A stretch of DNA of 64,000 nucleotides. It comes from an uncultured virus (IMG/VR IMGVR_UViG_3300001580_000018). Its lineage: Duplodnaviria > Heunggongvirae > Uroviricota > Caudoviricetes. A program made the translations under genes and the position numbers. The notes under the pieces were generated by a model. The model did no database searches, was not told the DNA's origin, and saw only the letters and a program-made list of their open reading frames with translations. The stretch spans positions 1 to 64,000 of IMG/VR virus record IMGVR_UViG_3300001580_000018; one strand, given 5' to 3'. This document shows, in pieces, positions 1-7,951 of the stretch. The first letter of the stretch is position 1. The number at the start of each line of letters is the position of its first letter.

Positions 1-35
1 ATCACAAACTCGATCAGTTGTTCAAATTTATTCAT
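1..35 (-). CDS. 5' end of a gene running off the window (MNKFEQLIEFV...), probably a prohead core/scaffold-type head protein
   Basis: ATG at 35 preceded by GGAGG and a TAAATA late-promoter motif (about 66-71, minus). It lies downstream of the portal gene, where T4-like head assembly genes sit. Product is inferred from position only. Confidence 0.5.
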   Translation of the reverse strand, partial: MNKFEQLIEFV

Positions 36-149
36 GAGACCCTCCAAAGTAATGGCTCTGTAAAATATTTACACAGAACGGCAAAAACACCGGGTTTTAA
101 GGAGGATTATTGGGAATTATGACGAGATTTTTACAAATCTCTGGGGATT

Positions 150-368
150 TTACATCATTGGTTGGGCAGGTGGTGCATATTGTTGTTGCACCTTTTTGAT
201 GCGCTCTCGGAATTCATAGGCCCGCACGTCATTCATCTGGCGCAGTTTATTGAGCTGTCGCAAGGTGAGTTTGGTTTTGCGAAGCTGTCCCAGGCGTGGT
301 TGGCTGTTGTCTTGGGCAACATCCTGGTAAGCTTCGGGTTCGCGTTGATAGAGTTCAAATAGCAGCAT
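150..368 (-). CDS. small hypothetical head-module protein
   Basis: 72-aa ORF directly after the portal, with TAAATA 5 nt upstream of the ATG. Confidence 0.7.
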   Translation of the reverse strand: MLLFELYQREPEAYQDVAQDNSQPRLGQLRKTKLTLRQLNKLRQMNDVRAYEFRERIKKVQQQYAPPAQPMM

Positions 369-376
369 ATGGATAT

Positions 377-2170
377 TTATGCGAGACCGGTGACGCCGCC
401 AGCTGGTGCGATCGGGGGTGCTCCTGCGCCTGCAGCAGATTGCTGCCCAGGTACTCCGCCCGGTTCTGCACCAGGTACAGCACCGGGTTCCGCAAACTCC
501 TCGCCAGCGGTGATGTCTGCTTCAAGGTCAGCGGGGCTCACACCCACTGAACGCAGATCTTGTCCCGTAGCAGGAGCAGCTTCAGGTTTGCCGCGCTCCT
601 CGTGCCAGAGTTCGGAGTTTTCCTGGATTTCTTCTTCGGTCAATCCAAGATAGCGTTTCAGCAGGAATCTCTTGCTCATGTAAGGTACAGTATCCAGAGC
701 CTGGAATGTATTGACTCTGCTGGTATCTAATTCGGCTTCGCGATAGCTGGCAAAGTTTTGCGGAGGATTAAAGGTGATTGAAAACAGTCCAGAATCGATG
801 TTGAATCCGCGCCAGCGCATGAACATCTTGAACTCATCGTCTAGCTTTTGGATGATCAGGCGCTGCAGGCGCTCGCAATATTGATTGAAACGATATTCTT
901 GTATCAGCGCAGTGCCCACACGCCCATCGTTGACAGTGCGATCGCTGTCATCGGGTCCTGTGGGCAAATAACTGCTAGGAACACGTAGACCACGGCACAT
1001 TTTGTTGTTGAAATACTTGAGATCGTCAATCTCGCCAAGATTTGAGCCACCGGGCAAGACTTCTACGCTGCTTCCACGACCATCTGCAGTCTGGGGGAAG
1101 AAGTAGTCCTCGTTGATCGACAGGGGATTATAGCTAGAATCCATGATGTGGCGCCCATCATTGCCACCAGTATGGCTGGGGATACGACGCTGATGGATCT
1201 CGTTTTTGACCCGCTCAACAAACTGCATGGCCATATGGCTGGGCATGTTGCCCACGTCAATCTTGAACATGCGACGCTCTGGTGCACGAGCTACACGATA
1301 GATCAGCACAGCATCTTCCAACAGCTCTTTCTGCTTGAACACCTTGAAAATAGTTTCCAGCACGCTCATTCCAAACGGCCAGTAGAAGTCCAGACCTTCA
1401 CTCAAGCTGAGATGCACCACGTGTTTGGCATCTATCACTGTCTCGTTCATGGCTGCCGAAAAACGGCTCATACCCGATCCGCCAGCACCACCAGCCGAGT
1501 TGGGCACGGTGTAGTTGTAAGGTGGNACATAGGCCGAACTGGGAGGATTGGCTTGGTAATCCGAAGTAGTCTTGACTGCTACACTGAGATTCTGGAANTT
1601 GGGATTGATATCACGGATCACGTATTGTTCAGGGCGCTTGCCTTCGCTCTCATTGACGATCACGCGAGCGACCTTGGTCATGTCNACCCAATACATCTCA
1701 AAGGTCTCAGGGTCTCGGACAAAAACCTGATCACCATACTTGATGGTGTTGCGGAAGATACGGAAGATACGCTGATCTAGTTTGTTGAGCTTGACCCACT
1801 GCTGTAGCTGTTTCTTGATGATCTCTACTTCATGATCNGTGGGTTTGTCGTTGTATTTGACTTCAAAAGGTATGTTAGTTTGGACGTCTTGCTGTGTGCT
1901 GAATTCTGCTAGGATGTCCAAGCAGGCATTGATTTCCGAATCCATGTCCATGTTTTCGTACTGATTGTAGCGTTCGATGCGATTGGGATGGCCGGTATAG
2001 ACTTCAGGAAGTCGGCTGGCGTAGTTGCGATAGGCCATTTCGGCATGTCCTGCCATGGGATCGCGACCATCATTGCGACCATATCCGGGCAGTCCTGCTG
2101 CGGTTTTACCCGAAAGGGGACTGAGTTGACCGCTGGTGTCAGCAACTTTAAAGAACTTTTTCCAAGACAT
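377..2170 (-). CDS. portal vertex protein, T4 gp20-like
   Basis: Characteristic gp20 motifs LEDAVLIYRVARAPERRMFKIDVGNMP, EDYFFP, LPGGSNLGEIDDLKYF and GLRVPSSYL. Confidence 0.95.
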   Translation of the reverse strand: MSWKKFFKVADTSGQLSPLSGKTAAGLPGYGRNDGRDPMAGHAEMAYRNYASRLPEVYTGHPNRIERYNQYENMDMDSEINACLDILAEFSTQQDVQTNIPFEVKYNDKPXDHEVEIIKKQLQQWVKLNKLDQRIFRIFRNTIKYGDQVFVRDPETFEMYWXDMTKVARVIVNESEGKRPEQYVIRDINPXFQNLSVAVKTTSDYQANPPSSAYXPPYNYTVPNSAGGAGGSGMSRFSAAMNETVIDAKHVVHLSLSEGLDFYWPFGMSVLETIFKVFKQKELLEDAVLIYRVARAPERRMFKIDVGNMPSHMAMQFVERVKNEIHQRRIPSHTGGNDGRHIMDSSYNPLSINEDYFFPQTADGRGSSVEVLPGGSNLGEIDDLKYFNNKMCRGLRVPSSYLPTGPDDSDRTVNDGRVGTALIQEYRFNQYCERLQRLIIQKLDDEFKMFMRWRGFNIDSGLFSITFNPPQNFASYREAELDTSRVNTFQALDTVPYMSKRFLLKRYLGLTEEEIQENSELWHEERGKPEAAPATGQDLRSVGVSPADLEADITAGEEFAEPGAVPGAEPGGVPGQQSAAGAGAPPIAPAGGVTGLA

Positions 2171-2200
2171 ATGCTTCCTTGACTAGTGGTATATTTACCG

Positions 2201-4408
2201 CTAGGCTTGGCTTACTTGCAGAATGCGCTGGCTTATAGATGTCTGTTCGCGCATGGCTGATATCAATTCGTCCATTTTGCTGAGTTGCTGTCCCATGATA
2301 CCCAGCTGGCGATCCAGGTTGCCTTGCATGCCAGACATCTCCACAGGAATGGTCTTGCCATCGGGCAGCGGAACTACGGCCTCTGTTCCGTGAAGCACAG
2401 CATTGTATCCAGATTTTGGACCAGATGCTATGCCCCCTGTTCGGTATCCATCCAATTCCACGTGGATATGTCCGCCTGTAGCAGATTTGGAGGGGTTAAG
2501 ATACTCATCAATGACCTTGCCGTTGATCTTGTTCTGGCTCATGATGTTGCGCACCAGATCTGCAACCCCGGCACTGTATCTAGGATCTCTCACAGTGAAA
2601 TCCATGGCGAGACCACTGCTGTGTTTGCTGTTCGGGCCACGTTCGTAGGTATCGTTGAATGCAGAGAAATGCATGAGATCTCCGCCCAGGGCCTGTTGTA
2701 TCTTGTGCGCTAGAGAAATTATCGACGGAGCAGTTTCTCCGCCAGCATAGGCTTCGGGGCTTTTGATCCTTAATCCTTCTAAACCCAGAGTGGGTCCGGC
2801 ACCAGCACCACCTCTCTTACGAGCCGCTGCCCCACCCATTCGGCTACCACCAGGAGGTGCTGCCGAAGGTGCTGCGCCCGGACCTGCCCTAGGACCCGAG
2901 ATACCTAGGACCTTGCGTAGAGCATTAGTGCCGGCATTGATAGTGTTGGCAAAGGCCTGTACCGCCGTGGTAGCCGCTGGAATAGCATCAAATGCCAGGG
3001 CCTGTATGTTTCGATTGGCACCAGCCACTGCTATTGTAGCTTGAGCAAACTCTTTGGTGGTCTTGCCGCCAGCTTTGGCCAAGTCTCCTTGTTCATCAAA
3101 CGCCTGCTTGAAAGGATCCCGCCCTTCACGCAGGGTTTTCTCCATATTCAACAGTTGGAATGCGATTGGATCAAATCCCAAAGCTTCAGATAGACCGTAC
3201 TGCAAGTTTTGATTAAATCCTTGCAAGCTGGTGGTACTTTGCTTAAGGAACTTGTAACGTTCTACTTCGGCCGAGCTGCCTTGTTGGATGTTGTTGACTA
3301 GATCCAGCACCGAATTGCCTAACAATGCTGTGGCTGTCTGTGCTTCTTTGGTCAACGGTGTGCCGGTGACGCTGGCACGTATGAGATCGGCCACCGGGCC
3401 GCCAAAAGAGTCAACTGCTTTTTCTAATTCGGCAGCCGCTTTTATTTGTTTCTCATTGCCGCTGGCACGCATTTCTTCAATTTTGGCGCGGAACGCTATA
3501 TTTTGTAGATTCTTTTGACGCTCTTCGATGATCTGTTCGCGGCTGCGTCCCGTGGCACGGGCTAGGCCATCTATCTCTTTGAGATAGGCCATGGAGGCCT
3601 TGGCGAGTTCTTGTGATGTCTTGATCTGGCGGTTGCCGGCCAGAGCTTGCGTGGCCGCAAACTGTGTGGATATGGCTGCTGCTTCATCAAGGCTGTAACC
3701 AAGTTTTATGATCTGTTCTGCATATTCACCATTGCGATCGGTGAGCTGTCCCAAGCTCCGACCCAACATACGAGAACCTTGGCTGGTTGTGGGACCCAAA
3801 GCCGCTAGGCCCTGGGCATTCTTTACCACGGCATCAGTGAACGCCGGAAGGCTGACCAAACCCAGTTCTTTGAACTGTGTGACCAGGCCATCCACGCCTT
3901 GTGCGCCAATGGCACCAACTTTGCCAAGATCGGTATAGGCCTTGGCCACGGTGTCCAGCTGATTGATGACCGCTGCACCGGCCGCGCCTGCGGCTTGGAT
4001 ACCAGCGTCAACATATTTGCCCAGCACAGGGAAAGCACTGGCTAACTTGCCCATGAGGTTGGTGACTTGTTGTGTTATCTGACCAAACTGTGCGAAACTG
4101 CTGCTGCCCGAAGCCAGTGAGCCCATCAACGATGTGGCGCTTTGAGCTACGCCTTTGGCGCCGGTGCTCAGGCTTTGTTTGTAGGCTTTGCTGGCGTCCT
4201 TGGCTTCGCGTTGTGCATCGGCGGCTGCATCCAGTTGTTTGGCCACATCCACCGCGCTTTTGCCAGCGTTTTGCAACTGTTTTTGCAGCTTGTCAATGGC
4301 ATCTGCTGTGCCTTTGGACGTCTGTCCTAAGATACGCTGTTCGGCTGCCGACGTTTCTAGCTGTCGCTGCAGCTCTTCAAACACGGCTTTTATTTGCTGT
4401 TCATCCAT
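2201..4408 (-). CDS. tape-measure/tail-length-determinant-like protein with C-terminal peptidase M15-like (peptidoglycan hydrolase) domain
   Basis: Long Ala/Gln/Gly-rich helical sequence. C-terminal HSSGLAMD...HIH zinc-peptidase motif followed by GGIASGP...LHGTEAVVP. Divergent from the gp26-like gene. Confidence 0.7.
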   Translation of the reverse strand: MDEQQIKAVFEELQRQLETSAAEQRILGQTSKGTADAIDKLQKQLQNAGKSAVDVAKQLDAAADAQREAKDASKAYKQSLSTGAKGVAQSATSLMGSLASGSSSFAQFGQITQQVTNLMGKLASAFPVLGKYVDAGIQAAGAAGAAVINQLDTVAKAYTDLGKVGAIGAQGVDGLVTQFKELGLVSLPAFTDAVVKNAQGLAALGPTTSQGSRMLGRSLGQLTDRNGEYAEQIIKLGYSLDEAAAISTQFAATQALAGNRQIKTSQELAKASMAYLKEIDGLARATGRSREQIIEERQKNLQNIAFRAKIEEMRASGNEKQIKAAAELEKAVDSFGGPVADLIRASVTGTPLTKEAQTATALLGNSVLDLVNNIQQGSSAEVERYKFLKQSTTSLQGFNQNLQYGLSEALGFDPIAFQLLNMEKTLREGRDPFKQAFDEQGDLAKAGGKTTKEFAQATIAVAGANRNIQALAFDAIPAATTAVQAFANTINAGTNALRKVLGISGPRAGPGAAPSAAPPGGSRMGGAAARKRGGAGAGPTLGLEGLRIKSPEAYAGGETAPSIISLAHKIQQALGGDLMHFSAFNDTYERGPNSKHSSGLAMDFTVRDPRYSAGVADLVRNIMSQNKINGKVIDEYLNPSKSATGGHIHVELDGYRTGGIASGPKSGYNAVLHGTEAVVPLPDGKTIPVEMSGMQGNLDRQLGIMGQQLSKMDELISAMREQTSISQRILQVSQA

Positions 4409-4418
4409 TATCTGTGCC

Positions 4419-4442
4419 TATAAATACTTGCATCTATATTTA
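4419..4442. promoter_or_regulatory. divergent pair of T4-type late promoters
   Basis: TATAAATA at 4419-4426 (plus, toward the gp26-like gene) and TAAATA at 4437-4442 (minus, toward the tape-measure-like gene). Confidence 0.7.
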
Positions 4443-4456
4443 CCGCAAGGAAATCC

Positions 4457-5293
4457 ATGAACAACAACCCATTGATGCAGTATTTCCGGCAGCCGGCTAT
4501 CTTCATAAGATTGCCCAGCCAGGGACGTTTTTATCCCGATGGCGCTATCAAGATCACGCCCAACGGCGAATACCCGGTACTGCCCATGACCACCATCGAC
4601 GAGATCACTTATCGCACACCAGATGCGCTGTTCAACGGTGAGGCAGTAATCTCCGTGATCCAGAGCTGTGTGCCTAACATCATCGATGCTTGGGCCATGC
4701 CAGCCATGGATATTGATACCGTGCTGATAGCCATACGCATCGCTACCTATGGTCATTCCATGGAGATCAACACCAAGTGTCCCAAATGCGAGCACGAAAG
4801 TGATTTTGATCTAGACCTACGCGGTGTATTGAACCAGATCACACCTGGTGATTACGAAAAATCCGTTAGAGACGGCGACATTGAAATATTTTTCCGACCC
4901 ATGGATTATCGGCAAATCAATGCCAATAATCTCGCGCAGTTTGAAGATCAGAAACTGTTGCTGTCCGTGGAAACCGGGGATCGTCCAGTGGAAGACAAGA
5001 TGGCACAACTCAGCGAAATATTGAAAAAAATAACCTCTGTGACCATACGTGCGCTGGCACAGAGCATCTCTGCTGTGAAAACACCGCAAGCCATGGTCAC
5101 TGATNCNNATCACATCACCGAATGGTTAGAAAATTGCGATCGCCGTGTGTTTGCATTGATACGTGATCACATCATCGCNACCAAACAANCNAGCGANATC
5201 AAACCCTTGACCATCAAGTGCCCGNCTTGNAGCCATGAGCATCAGCAGATCTTCACGCTTGACATGACGAGTTTTTTCGGGGGCGCCTCCTGA
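4457..5293 (+). CDS. baseplate hub assembly protein, T4 gp26-like
   Basis: IRLPSQG..Y, PMTTIDE, D..LIAIRIATYG and a CPKC zinc ribbon; ends ...TSFFGGAS. Confidence 0.8.
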   Translation: MNNNPLMQYFRQPAIFIRLPSQGRFYPDGAIKITPNGEYPVLPMTTIDEITYRTPDALFNGEAVISVIQSCVPNIIDAWAMPAMDIDTVLIAIRIATYGHSMEINTKCPKCEHESDFDLDLRGVLNQITPGDYEKSVRDGDIEIFFRPMDYRQINANNLAQFEDQKLLLSVETGDRPVEDKMAQLSEILKKITSVTIRALAQSISAVKTPQAMVTDXXHITEWLENCDRRVFALIRDHIIXTKQXSXIKPLTIKCPXXSHEHQQIFTLDMTSFFGGAS

Positions 5294-5295
5294 CC

Positions 5296-5508
5296 TTGGA
5301 AGCTGATGCTGTAGCCAGCATGGTGGACCAAATGGATCGGGAGGCTGATAGCATAAGGAACGAATCGTTCAAGCTAGTGTGGTACATGCGCGGTGGTGTC
5401 ACTTACACCGAAGTGATGAATCTGGGATTCCGAGAAAGAGAAATGATTGGCAAGATAGTCAAAGAAAATCTTGAAACAACGAAAAAAAGTGGACTTCCAT
5501 TTTTTTAG
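5296..5508 (+). CDS. gp51-like baseplate hub/tail assembly chaperone; possibly expressed as a -1 frameshift extension of the upstream gene
   Basis: WYMRGGVTYTEVMNLGFRERE motif; follows the gp26-like gene; no clear SD before the TTG at 5296 or the ATG at 5320. Confidence 0.7.
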   Translation: MEADAVASMVDQMDREADSIRNESFKLVWYMRGGVTYTEVMNLGFREREMIGKIVKENLETTKKSGLPFF

Positions 5509-5514
5509 AAAACC

Positions 5515-6012
5515 ATGGACTTCGTACAAGCGAAAATTGATATAACAAATTGGATCACTGGATTTGTTGAAAAACCCAATGCTGACCTCGACGGCTGGGC
5601 GCCTTGTCCACATGCTAGGAAGGCCCGACTGCAAGGGCAGCTGGACATCCGAGAAGGTCGTGTGGATCCCTATACCGATCTCATGCATGCCGAGATGGGA
5701 GATTACATGGTCATAGGATATGTGTATGATCCCAATAACATAGATGCCGAAAAGTTTGAATCGCAGATACGAGCAGTGAATCAGGGCTTCTTAGTGCCCA
5801 GAGACATCATTGCCTTGGCTGATCACCCCGGCAGCCCCGAAATCGTTAAAGGTATTTCGATGAACCAGGGCACCTGGGCCATAGCATTCATACAACCGCT
5901 TGGCAAGCTCAACGAATTTGCAAGATTAATCGCCGGCAAAGGCTATTACGATGGATGGCCAGAGGATTATTTGACAGGACTGTTTGAATTCCGCGAGGAT
6001 CCTAGATCATGA
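5515..6012 (+). CDS. hypothetical protein, DUF1415-like
   Basis: N-terminal W..FVEKP....CPHA resembles the CPFA motif of DUF1415; also contains DHP. Confidence 0.5.
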   Translation: MDFVQAKIDITNWITGFVEKPNADLDGWAPCPHARKARLQGQLDIREGRVDPYTDLMHAEMGDYMVIGYVYDPNNIDAEKFESQIRAVNQGFLVPRDIIALADHPGSPEIVKGISMNQGTWAIAFIQPLGKLNEFARLIAGKGYYDGWPEDYLTGLFEFREDPRS

Positions 6013-6449
6013 ACTATCAGTTTGCTAGGGTCGATCTCGCCCAGACCAACTACCCAGAATCCGTTCGCTGGGACTATCTCAGCAAGAGCGATTATATGAT
6101 TGATCGATGCCAGGAAATCTATCGAGCCTACTGCATCTACAAAAAATTTTCATCAGTGATGCCGTTGTTCGTCAGCAGATTCCGAGATCCCATGGCCGAT
6201 GTTATTGGGTACTGGGACGGCGGCAACATAGTAGCATTCAGTCTCATACGGAGATACGATGACAAAAACGCCATGTGTGACCAGTTTGCTTGGACCTATC
6301 ACAACCCTAAGTTGCGACTGGGTATTGAAACAATGAAAACAGAGTGTGCCATATACAAAGCCCGAGGATTCCGCTATCTCTACCTCGAGCAGGCACATCT
6401 GTACAAATCAGAGATAGAGGGATTTGAAATCTTAGGACCTATCACATAA
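6009..6449 (+). CDS. GNAT-fold protein resembling the C-terminal domain of Arg-tRNA protein transferase (ATE1)/bacterial Bpt
   Basis: WTYHNPKLRLGIETMKTECAIYKARGFRYLYL...YK...FEIL follows the ATE_C pattern (YDP...SLG....EI..A...G..Y.YLG...YK..F..LE.L) as recalled. Confidence 0.5.
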   Translation: MNYQFARVDLAQTNYPESVRWDYLSKSDYMIDRCQEIYRAYCIYKKFSSVMPLFVSRFRDPMADVIGYWDGGNIVAFSLIRRYDDKNAMCDQFAWTYHNPKLRLGIETMKTECAIYKARGFRYLYLEQAHLYKSEIEGFEILGPIT

Positions 6450-6784
6450 TGGCAGACTTATACACTATCTGGGCAGACAAAGAAGGTGACATCAGCGACT
6501 TAGACTGGGTCAACGGAATGAAAAGTTTCTTTGATCACTTGATCAGCGAAGGCAAGATGGAAAGTTATCGTATCACTCGTTGCAAGATGGGATTCCGCAG
6601 CATACCAGACATGCCTGAATGGATGATCATTATGGAATTCAAAAACATGGCTCAGATGGATGACGCATTTCGTCGTGTTGCTCCATTGGAAGGCGAACTT
6701 GAAACAAAACACAAAAGCTTCAATCAGTTTGTTGCTGGAAACATCCAACACGCACTTTTCCGTGATTGGCCTGATCAATTTTAA
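6449..6784 (+). CDS. hypothetical protein, DUF6614-like (dimeric alpha-beta barrel-like)
   Basis: Y.IW.D..., HL..EGK.ESYRITR.K.GF, MEF..MAQMD.AF and ALFRDWPD motifs. Confidence 0.55.
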   Translation: MADLYTIWADKEGDISDLDWVNGMKSFFDHLISEGKMESYRITRCKMGFRSIPDMPEWMIIMEFKNMAQMDDAFRRVAPLEGELETKHKSFNQFVAGNIQHALFRDWPDQF

Positions 6785-6796
6785 ATTGATTATTCG

Positions 6797-6868
6797 AGAT
6801 GTGCTGCGCACATCTATTGATTCGCTGCGCTCATCAATGTTTTTACAGTTAACGAACGAAGTGAGTTA
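6797..6868. repeat. cluster of three short palindromic hairpins with GNA-triloop cores
   Basis: AGATGTGC-TGC-GCACATCT (6797-6815), ATTGAT-TCGCTGCGCTC-ATCAAT (6816-6838), TAAC-GAACGAAGTGA-GTTA (6850-6868). Confidence 0.8.
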
Positions 6869-6869
6869 T

Positions 6870-7228
6870 CCAGTATCATCCAGATGCAATGGTCACACTA
6901 AGCCCGTTGCCGGGCCAAGAGTGCGGTAGCATCATCCGAGTGCTAATAGTCACACAGCGTTATGGCATTACAGAGGCGGTCGTCCGGTACCTCGAGCCAC
7001 GTCTTCAACGACGGCAATCACAACACATACGCTATCACATGCTGCGACCTGCAGGTTCTCCCTGCTCATTTTGCCTTTTAAATACTTTTCCAACAACCAA
7101 ACGTCAGGTCTTAGAGACGTCATCATCCTCGCGGGTAGTGGTTGAGTGCCCACTGCGGCGGTGGGTCTTCCTTCCCTGCGACACTGAGTCCAGGTCCTGG
7201 GCACACGATATTGGCCTGTGCGAGCCTT
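6870..7228 (-). ncRNA. putative large structured non-coding RNA of unknown class
   Basis: GC-richer intergenic stretch with no convincing ORF and many stems. GNRA loops (GCAA, GCGA) and G-U-rich helices read properly only on the minus strand. Boundaries are approximate. Confidence 0.6.
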
Positions 7229-7273
7229 AACTGCTTAGTTTGCCTTTGATGTAAGAAATATGTTTTATTGCGT

Positions 7274-7927
7274 TTAATGAGTCAAACAATTTAGTACATG
7301 ATTGAAAAATTTTTCATAAACTTCGTCAGATGTGGTTTTATCCAGATGCAATGTTTCATTAATAAAGCGATTTTTCAATAATTGAGATTCAAATAATTGT
7401 TTGTTGTCAACAGCATCAACAAACGACAATTTATCCAATTTAAAAATATTGGCTCTGTCCGATACCCACTGGTAAATTCCATTGCCTACAGTATAACATT
7501 CGTTGATCCCGGAAAAATCTAAATCTATAAAATCAATTATAGACTTGGTACCAAACGGATTTGTCACCCAGGCAGTGCAAATATAATGTGGATAGTTTGC
7601 TAGTTCGTTGCGCAAAATTTCGTGTTCTTTTAACAAAATTGATTTTAAAAAAGCAGTGAGATTCGAGGAAGGCCTCGTTAATCGAAATTCGTCAATCAGT
7701 CCCCGGCCAACTTCGGATAGCCCAACGCAAAATATCGGATCTATCTCTAATTCTGCCATATCTTTGGTAGCAACTTTGATGCGCCTGATGATATCAGTGT
7801 TGCTGGCACCCGGTACTGAATGATTGATAACAAAAAAATCCCGGAACAATTCACAATCGCTCGATGTTGCTCGGGCAGTGTGATGCGCCAACCAACTATC
7901 TCCGATTATATAAAAAACTTTTTTCAT
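7274..7927 (-). CDS. SGNH/GDSL hydrolase-like hypothetical protein
   Basis: IIGDSW block I, PGASN block II, C-terminal His; visibly AT-rich. Confidence 0.55.
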   Translation of the reverse strand: MKKVFYIIGDSWLAHHTARATSSDCELFRDFFVINHSVPGASNTDIIRRIKVATKDMAELEIDPIFCVGLSEVGRGLIDEFRLTRPSSNLTAFLKSILLKEHEILRNELANYPHYICTAWVTNPFGTKSIIDFIDLDFSGINECYTVGNGIYQWVSDRANIFKLDKLSFVDAVDNKQLFESQLLKNRFINETLHLDKTTSDEVYEKFFNHVLNCLTH

Positions 7928-7951
7928 TCACTAAAATAAATTTAATTTTCT

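Noticed and set aside
1148..1780. Long antisense or alternate-frame ORFs over core genes (also 22631-23260, 24681-25262, 26991-27551)
   Set aside because: They shadow well-supported genes and have no recognisable motifs.
5106..5230. Cluster of N bases in the gp26-like gene (others in the portal and Seg-like genes)
   Set aside because: Most simply assembly ambiguity or population polymorphism; cannot be read as targeted hypervariation without reads.
5497..5517. In-frame TAG between the gp51-like and DUF1415-like ORFs, preceded by a T run
   Set aside because: Same-frame adjacency occurs one time in three by chance, and the downstream gene has its own ATG; there is no other sign of readthrough.
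7140..7180. Resemblance of minus-strand GGGAAGGAAGACCC to the RNase P 5' conserved region
   Set aside because: It does not match GAGGAAAGUCC, and no complementary 3' P4 motif was found.
6889..7230. ORFs 6889-7230 (+), 6968-7204 (-) and 6660-6929 (+)
   Set aside because: Atypical Arg/Cys/Ser-rich composition and no SD; better explained as chance ORFs over a structured element.
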